From positions 1 through 59,219 of the IMG/VR virus record IMGVR_UViG_3300037465_000542: 59,219 bases of DNA; one strand, 5' to 3'. The stretch is from a virus. Lineage: Duplodnaviria > Caudoviricetes. Made by a program: the position numbers and the translations under genes. Positions 55,229 to 59,219 of the stretch are shown here, piece by piece. Below the pieces are notes generated by a model. That model was given only the letters and a program-made list of their open reading frames with translations, did not search any database and had not been told where the DNA came from. The number at the start of each line of letters is the position of its first letter. The stretch's first letter is position 1.

Positions 55229-56242
55229 TTAGGCATGGGACGCTTCTTGTCCTGCTTCGCTTGCCACCTCATGCAAGGTGCCACTTTCGAAGGCTCTGTA
55301 GATGTCTCTCGACAAAGAGTCCCTCACGTCCTCCAGCGCGAGATCGCCCAAGAGGACGCCGATGGCATCGATAAATCCTTGATTGTAATCGTCCAGCTCG
55401 CAATGCGCCTGTTTGTCTCCCCACTCTTTGAAAATCTTGCGTTGGAGGCGCTTGCCCACAGAAACGATAGTCGTCGTTTCTCCCCCCTTTTTGAGGCCCT
55501 TCTTGCCCGCTTCCTTTATGGCCTTCGCCCTCTTGGCCGTCGGTTTCTTATCAGAACCCAGAAGTTTGGCGAGATATGTAGTCTGCTCATTAAAGGGCAA
55601 CTTCGCGAGTTGAATGGCTGCTGTTGCCGAAATGCCACCGTTTTCGGGGCCTTGCTCGACTGCTCTGTGAATGTCCTTGTGCGCTTTTGCAAGCTCAACC
55701 CAATCACTGACTTGTGGTGCTGAGGACGCTTTGAGCCCAAAGGCCCTCGCAACATGCTCTCGGGTGTAGTTGAAGGTCTCCATGAGAACGCGCGCCTTGA
55801 TCGCTCGCCCAAGGAGGCTTTCTTGTTGATGGAAGTTCGCCTCGACTTTTGTCAGGAATAAACCCCTGACGTCATCGAAAGACTTGACAATGAACTTAAT
55901 TTTATGTGAGGCCCGTCGCTTACCTTTCAGGATTTTGTTCGCTTCGATGAGATTTTGCACTCGCTGAATCCCGTCAACGACGATCAGATCCTTGGCTTTA
56001 AGGCCATGGACTTTATATTCATCTGGGAGTTCGGAGTGAAGAACCACGAGAATCGGCTCGTGGACGCCGGACTCGATGAGCTGGTCTCGAAGCCCTTCAC
56101 TGACGGGAATCTTTTCTCGCTTGTCGTAAAGCGGATGTTTAGGATCGCGAATGATGTAAAGTTTTTCGGGATCTACCGAATACAACCCCTCTGCGCGGGA
56201 GGCCGTCTGTTCTATCATCTTCTGCGCTGTGGTTCGTCCCAT
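55229..56242 (-). CDS. ParB-like N-terminal domain protein with HTH
   Basis: HPLYDKR, GVHEPILV, VVDGIQRV, HTH TREHVARAFG, ISATAAIQLAKL. Confidence 0.8.
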   Translation of the reverse strand: MGRTTAQKMIEQTASRAEGLYSVDPEKLYIIRDPKHPLYDKREKIPVSEGLRDQLIESGVHEPILVVLHSELPDEYKVHGLKAKDLIVVDGIQRVQNLIEANKILKGKRRASHKIKFIVKSFDDVRGLFLTKVEANFHQQESLLGRAIKARVLMETFNYTREHVARAFGLKASSAPQVSDWVELAKAHKDIHRAVEQGPENGGISATAAIQLAKLPFNEQTTYLAKLLGSDKKPTAKRAKAIKEAGKKGLKKGGETTTIVSVGKRLQRKIFKEWGDKQAHCELDDYNQGFIDAIGVLLGDLALEDVRDSLSRDIYRAFESGTLHEVASEAGQEASHA

Positions 56243-56244
56243 CG

Positions 56245-57393
56245 TCAGTTCCTTTCTGCGCTCTGTAGCGCCTCCAACCCTGCCGCCTTCAGGCGTGATG
56301 TGTTCTCGCCAGTCACATCGCAGGAGGCGATGTAAGAAGCCACTAGATTTTCGTCTCTTAGGTGCTGTGTCTCGTGGCGATTGTTCTCTTGCGATGAAAG
56401 AAGTAGGCTATCTGCCTCCCTCTCGCTTTCGATGACTTCCTCGTCCCACACGATCGTCTTCCCCGTCGCTTCCCCCTCGACCGACGCCCATTCTTGTCTC
56501 CAGCGAAGTGTCCTGGCTAATTCGGTAGGAGTCCCACGAAAGATCAATTTGATGAAATCGCGAGAGGGGACGGCCCCCGCAGCCGCCCTCGCCTCCGCTT
56601 CGCTGTCGACTCTCTGCACCCAAAACCTTCGTCCTTTGGATGGCAAGAAGGTAAGGCCCAGGTCCGAGCCGGAGCCAGTTCCGTACCAGGCTCCTCTGTC
56701 GTCACCGTGATCCTCGAACGAGTGCTGAATGGGGGCCCCCACATACCCTTGCCCTCGTGCCCACCACTGAGAGGTGTGGAAGTGCCCGGACAGCACGATC
56801 CCGAGGTGAGAAAGATCCTCACCCTGAAGGCCAACGGGAGAGGCCCAAGAACCAACCTTTGCCCCGCGGACACTTTGATGCATAAGCAGGTTGGTGCCGA
56901 CACCAGCCTTCTGCTTAAGCAATGTCCGCGCGAGGTCGTCTGATCGATACGACATGCACAAGAATGTCCTGCCATCTATCGACACTTCGCCTTCATGGAC
57001 GACTCGCACCTTGTTGCTCAGGCCATCTAGACCATCAACCAAGTACAACGTGCCATCTTGGCGCAACGCGCAATGGTTTCCCGGGACCACGAGAACTTGC
57101 ATCCCCTTCTCGGCGAGGCAATAGAGAAGGTCTACCCCAACTGCAAGTTCGACCCCATCCGCCGTCTTCCTGTCGAAGAAATCTCCCAGCAGCACGACGA
57201 CTTCTTGGTTCGACTCGACACAAAGCCGCACGACTTCGTCTCGCAACTCGAGGATGCGATCTGTAACAATTGCACCCCCTCCCCTCCACAACTGCCAACT
57301 CTGCGCGACCTTAGAGAGGGGGCGAGGGTTAGTTGCCGGTCTTGCGTATGGAAGGCGATTCGAAAGGTGGACATCCGCGAGGAAGCAAGCCAT
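56245..57393 (-). CDS. SbcD/Mre11 (gp47-like) metallophosphoesterase nuclease
   Basis: ADVHL, LGDFFD, PGNH, MHQ, SGHFH, YVGAP.QHSFED. Confidence 0.92.
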   Translation of the reverse strand: MACFLADVHLSNRLPYARPATNPRPLSKVAQSWQLWRGGGAIVTDRILELRDEVVRLCVESNQEVVVLLGDFFDRKTADGVELAVGVDLLYCLAEKGMQVLVVPGNHCALRQDGTLYLVDGLDGLSNKVRVVHEGEVSIDGRTFLCMSYRSDDLARTLLKQKAGVGTNLLMHQSVRGAKVGSWASPVGLQGEDLSHLGIVLSGHFHTSQWWARGQGYVGAPIQHSFEDHGDDRGAWYGTGSGSDLGLTFLPSKGRRFWVQRVDSEAEARAAAGAVPSRDFIKLIFRGTPTELARTLRWRQEWASVEGEATGKTIVWDEEVIESEREADSLLLSSQENNRHETQHLRDENLVASYIASCDVTGENTSRLKAAGLEALQSAERN

Positions 57394-57408
57394 TTGTGGC
57401 AGCCCTAC

Positions 57409-57717
57409 CTATTTGATTTTGATGCCGTCGATCCATCCGTTCATGATGGAGTCGATATGATCGTATGCAGTCACCTGCCCATCCCACCGATGCGTTTCGC
57501 AAAAGTCAATTCCTGGATAAAGAGTCTTCCGGCGGGCAGAAGCTTCCCTATTTGAAACCGCAACAGATCTGAGTGTAGATAGCGCGCGACGTAGTTCTTG
57601 GATTGTTTGTAATGCGGTTTCTTTCGCAATGCGTCGGAAGATGAGATCGATGGGATCTTGCGTTTCTTCTAATTCACTCAACCCCTTCTCGACCAATTTC
57701 GATAGCACCTCTTCCAT
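57409..57717 (-). CDS. Hypothetical protein
   Basis: Packed ORF; its SD (AAGGTGG) lies inside an inverted repeat. Confidence 0.6.
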   Translation of the reverse strand: MEEVLSKLVEKGLSELEETQDPIDLIFRRIAKETALQTIQELRRALSTLRSVAVSNREASARRKTLYPGIDFCETHRWDGQVTAYDHIDSIMNGWIDGIKIK

Positions 57718-57723
57718 TTCGAT

Positions 57724-57775
57724 GCCCCACCTTGGTCAGCCAAGTCAACGTCGAAGGGGTAGACCAAGGTGGGGC
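57724..57775. promoter_or_regulatory. Perfect 14-bp inverted repeat that sequesters the RBS of the gene starting at 57717
   Basis: GCCCCACCTTGGTC (57724-57737) and GACCAAGGTGGGGC (57762-57775), 24-nt loop, no U-tract. Confidence 0.8.
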
Positions 57776-57791
57776 CACAGATCCATCGCCC

Positions 57792-58052
57792 CTACGCCTG
57801 GGAGACGACGGAAAATCCGATCGATTCTGCGTACTTGAGCACCGAAACCAGATAAGCCACCGGCAGCTCTTCTGGTTTGGGAAGCACCGTATGGCCGCGG
57901 CTCTGACCGTGGCCATTGGAGGTGCTCGCCAGCGAGCGCTTGTTTTTGCTCCCCGGAGGACGACCACGACGTCTCGCCTGAGGCTCAGGGCTCGACTGTA
58001 CGCCCTGACTTCCCGCCTCGGCCTTTGCCCCTGTCTCTGTCTGTTTGGCCAT
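57792..58052 (-). CDS. Small AT-hook protein
   Basis: RRRGRPPGSKNKR; SD AAGGA before ATG 58052. Confidence 0.6.
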   Translation of the reverse strand: MAKQTETGAKAEAGSQGVQSSPEPQARRRGRPPGSKNKRSLASTSNGHGQSRGHTVLPKPEELPVAYLVSVLKYAESIGFSVVSQA

Positions 58053-59219
58053 TTTGTTCCTTCCTTTCTTCTTTCCGTGCGTCTTTCGACGATGGGACGA
58101 CCAGCTCCTTTGAAATCGGGTTGTAGACGCTCCAGCCTTGAGCCTCGGCCAATTGTTCGCAGATGGACTGCACTACTCCGTTTTGTCGTTGCTCGAGAGC
58201 AAGGAGTCCACTTCGGCCCCAGACCCCTTGGCATTTGTGGATGACGCCATGCCGATCGTGAAATTCAATCCAACCCGCACCCTTCCTTTTAACAGCTTTT
58301 TTGTGGTTGTCAAGTCCATCATCGTCATCAATGACATCCTCTTCGTCTTTTTCTGGCTCTAAGTTTATCGCCTTTGCGCCAGGAATTTGACACACGCCGA
58401 GTTCCAGCCCTCGGTCGAGGATCGACTGCAGAGAGTCGATGCCCAAATTGAACCTGATTCGAAACTTGCTTTTGCGAAACGGGACCCCAATCTGATTTTT
58501 CTCGACGTAGACCCCAACCTCTTGGGCGACAGGTTGATCTACCTCCTCAACGACCCCCGCCCTCCACATGTCAAGCACCAAGACCGACGCGTGCTTCACC
58601 GCGGCCCCGCCTGAAATCTTTTCTGTCTCGACGCGGGACACGCCCCTCGGAATGCGACTCCGATGTTGAGAGACGGCCACCATCGCAACCGGGCTCTCGT
58701 CGAGCGCGTCCACCACATCGTCCAAAAGCGAGCTGTAGACCCGCGCCTTGACGCCTAGGGTGCGATCTTCGTACCCCGCTAGCCACTCCTCCTTGCCCGG
58801 GATTGTATTGATCGACTCGTACACGATGAGCATTGGCACTTCTGGGGCGATTTCCTTTGCCTGCCTGACGACATGCATTGTGTCTTCCAGGATGCCTTCT
58901 ATGTACGGTCGCTCCCAACGATGCCACTTATCCGGATCTTTCCTGGGGTAGGGGACTAACTTCGCGTCCTTCATGTCAACACCGATGGTCGCCGCCCATT
59001 GCCCATCGAGCTTCTTCTCTCGATCGATGTAAATCACGACCCCGCCCATCTTTTGAACCATGGATGCGAGATGCAACATGAGCGTTGTCTTTCCGACGCC
59101 ATGTTTTGCGGCGATTACCGAAATTCTAGACGTTGGGATCCCACCCCGCCCCGTTATGGCGTCAACTGTCGCGCATTGTGTCGAAAAGTACAGAAGAGGG
59201 CCTGCTCTTTTGATCCTCT
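57985..59219 (-). CDS. recA: RecA-like recombinase, 5' end beyond the window
   Basis: Frame is open to the window edge: STQCATVDAITGRGGIPTSRISVIAAKHGVGKTTL, YIDRE, GGAAVKHAS, EKNQIG.PFR, GID..GAGW. Confidence 0.9.
   Translation of the reverse strand, partial: RIKRAGPLLYFSTQCATVDAITGRGGIPTSRISVIAAKHGVGKTTLMLHLASMVQKMGGVVIYIDREKKLDGQWAATIGVDMKDAKLVPYPRKDPDKWHRWERPYIEGILEDTMHVVRQAKEIAPEVPMLIVYESINTIPGKEEWLAGYEDRTLGVKARVYSSLLDDVVDALDESPVAMVAVSQHRSRIPRGVSRVETEKISGGAAVKHASVLVLDMWRAGVVEEVDQPVAQEVGVYVEKNQIGVPFRKSKFRIRFNLGIDSLQSILDRGLELGVCQIPGAKAINLEPEKDEEDVIDDDDGLDNHKKAVKRKGAGWIEFHDRHGVIHKCQGVWGRSGLLALEQRQNGVVQSICEQLAEAQGWSVYNPISKELVVPSSKDARKEERKEQNGQTDRDRGKGRGGKSGRTVEP

Larger units (their letters stand above)
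1..59219. mobile_element. Contractile-tailed phage (myovirus) genome segment; phage vs prophage status cannot be determined
   Basis: Complete head-neck-sheath-tube-tape measure-baseplate gene set plus lysis and recombination genes. No integrase, att site or host housekeeping gene in the window. Confidence 0.97.

Noticed and set aside
1-59219. Stop-codon reassignment
   Set aside because: Core genes are full length in the standard code and all three stops are used as true ends.

Overview
The window is one continuous ~59 kb segment of a GC-rich tailed phage or prophage with a contractile tail (myovirus). No host genes, tRNAs, rRNAs or CRISPR arrays were recognised. Layout: (1) 1-5.7 kb, small regulatory/early genes with several near-consensus sigma70 promoters (two apparently leaderless), an HD phosphohydrolase and a divergent pair of HNH-endonuclease-related proteins; (2) 5.7-49 kb (+), one long virion operon: terminase, PBSX-like portal, XkdF-type protease, scaffold, capsid, neck, sheath, tube, chaperone with a -1 frameshift signal, tape measure, hub, spike, fibres, wedge, holin; (3) 49-59 kb (-), a convergent operon: RecA-like (cut by the window edge), SbcD, ParB-like, SbcC, RuvC, KhpA-like KH protein, family-4 UDG, Sm-like protein, CHAP endolysin, Cys-rich lipoprotein, papain-like protease. 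Most notable: a candidate modular 'beads-on-a-string' fibre cassette at 35.3-41.3 kb built around a protein with a strict 20-aa repeat; a domain nested inside a copy of itself in the baseplate wedge; a hairpin that sequesters an RBS and is overlapped by a 13-codon leader ORF; and phage-encoded RNA-chaperone-like proteins. All calls come from recognising motifs by eye. No searches were run.
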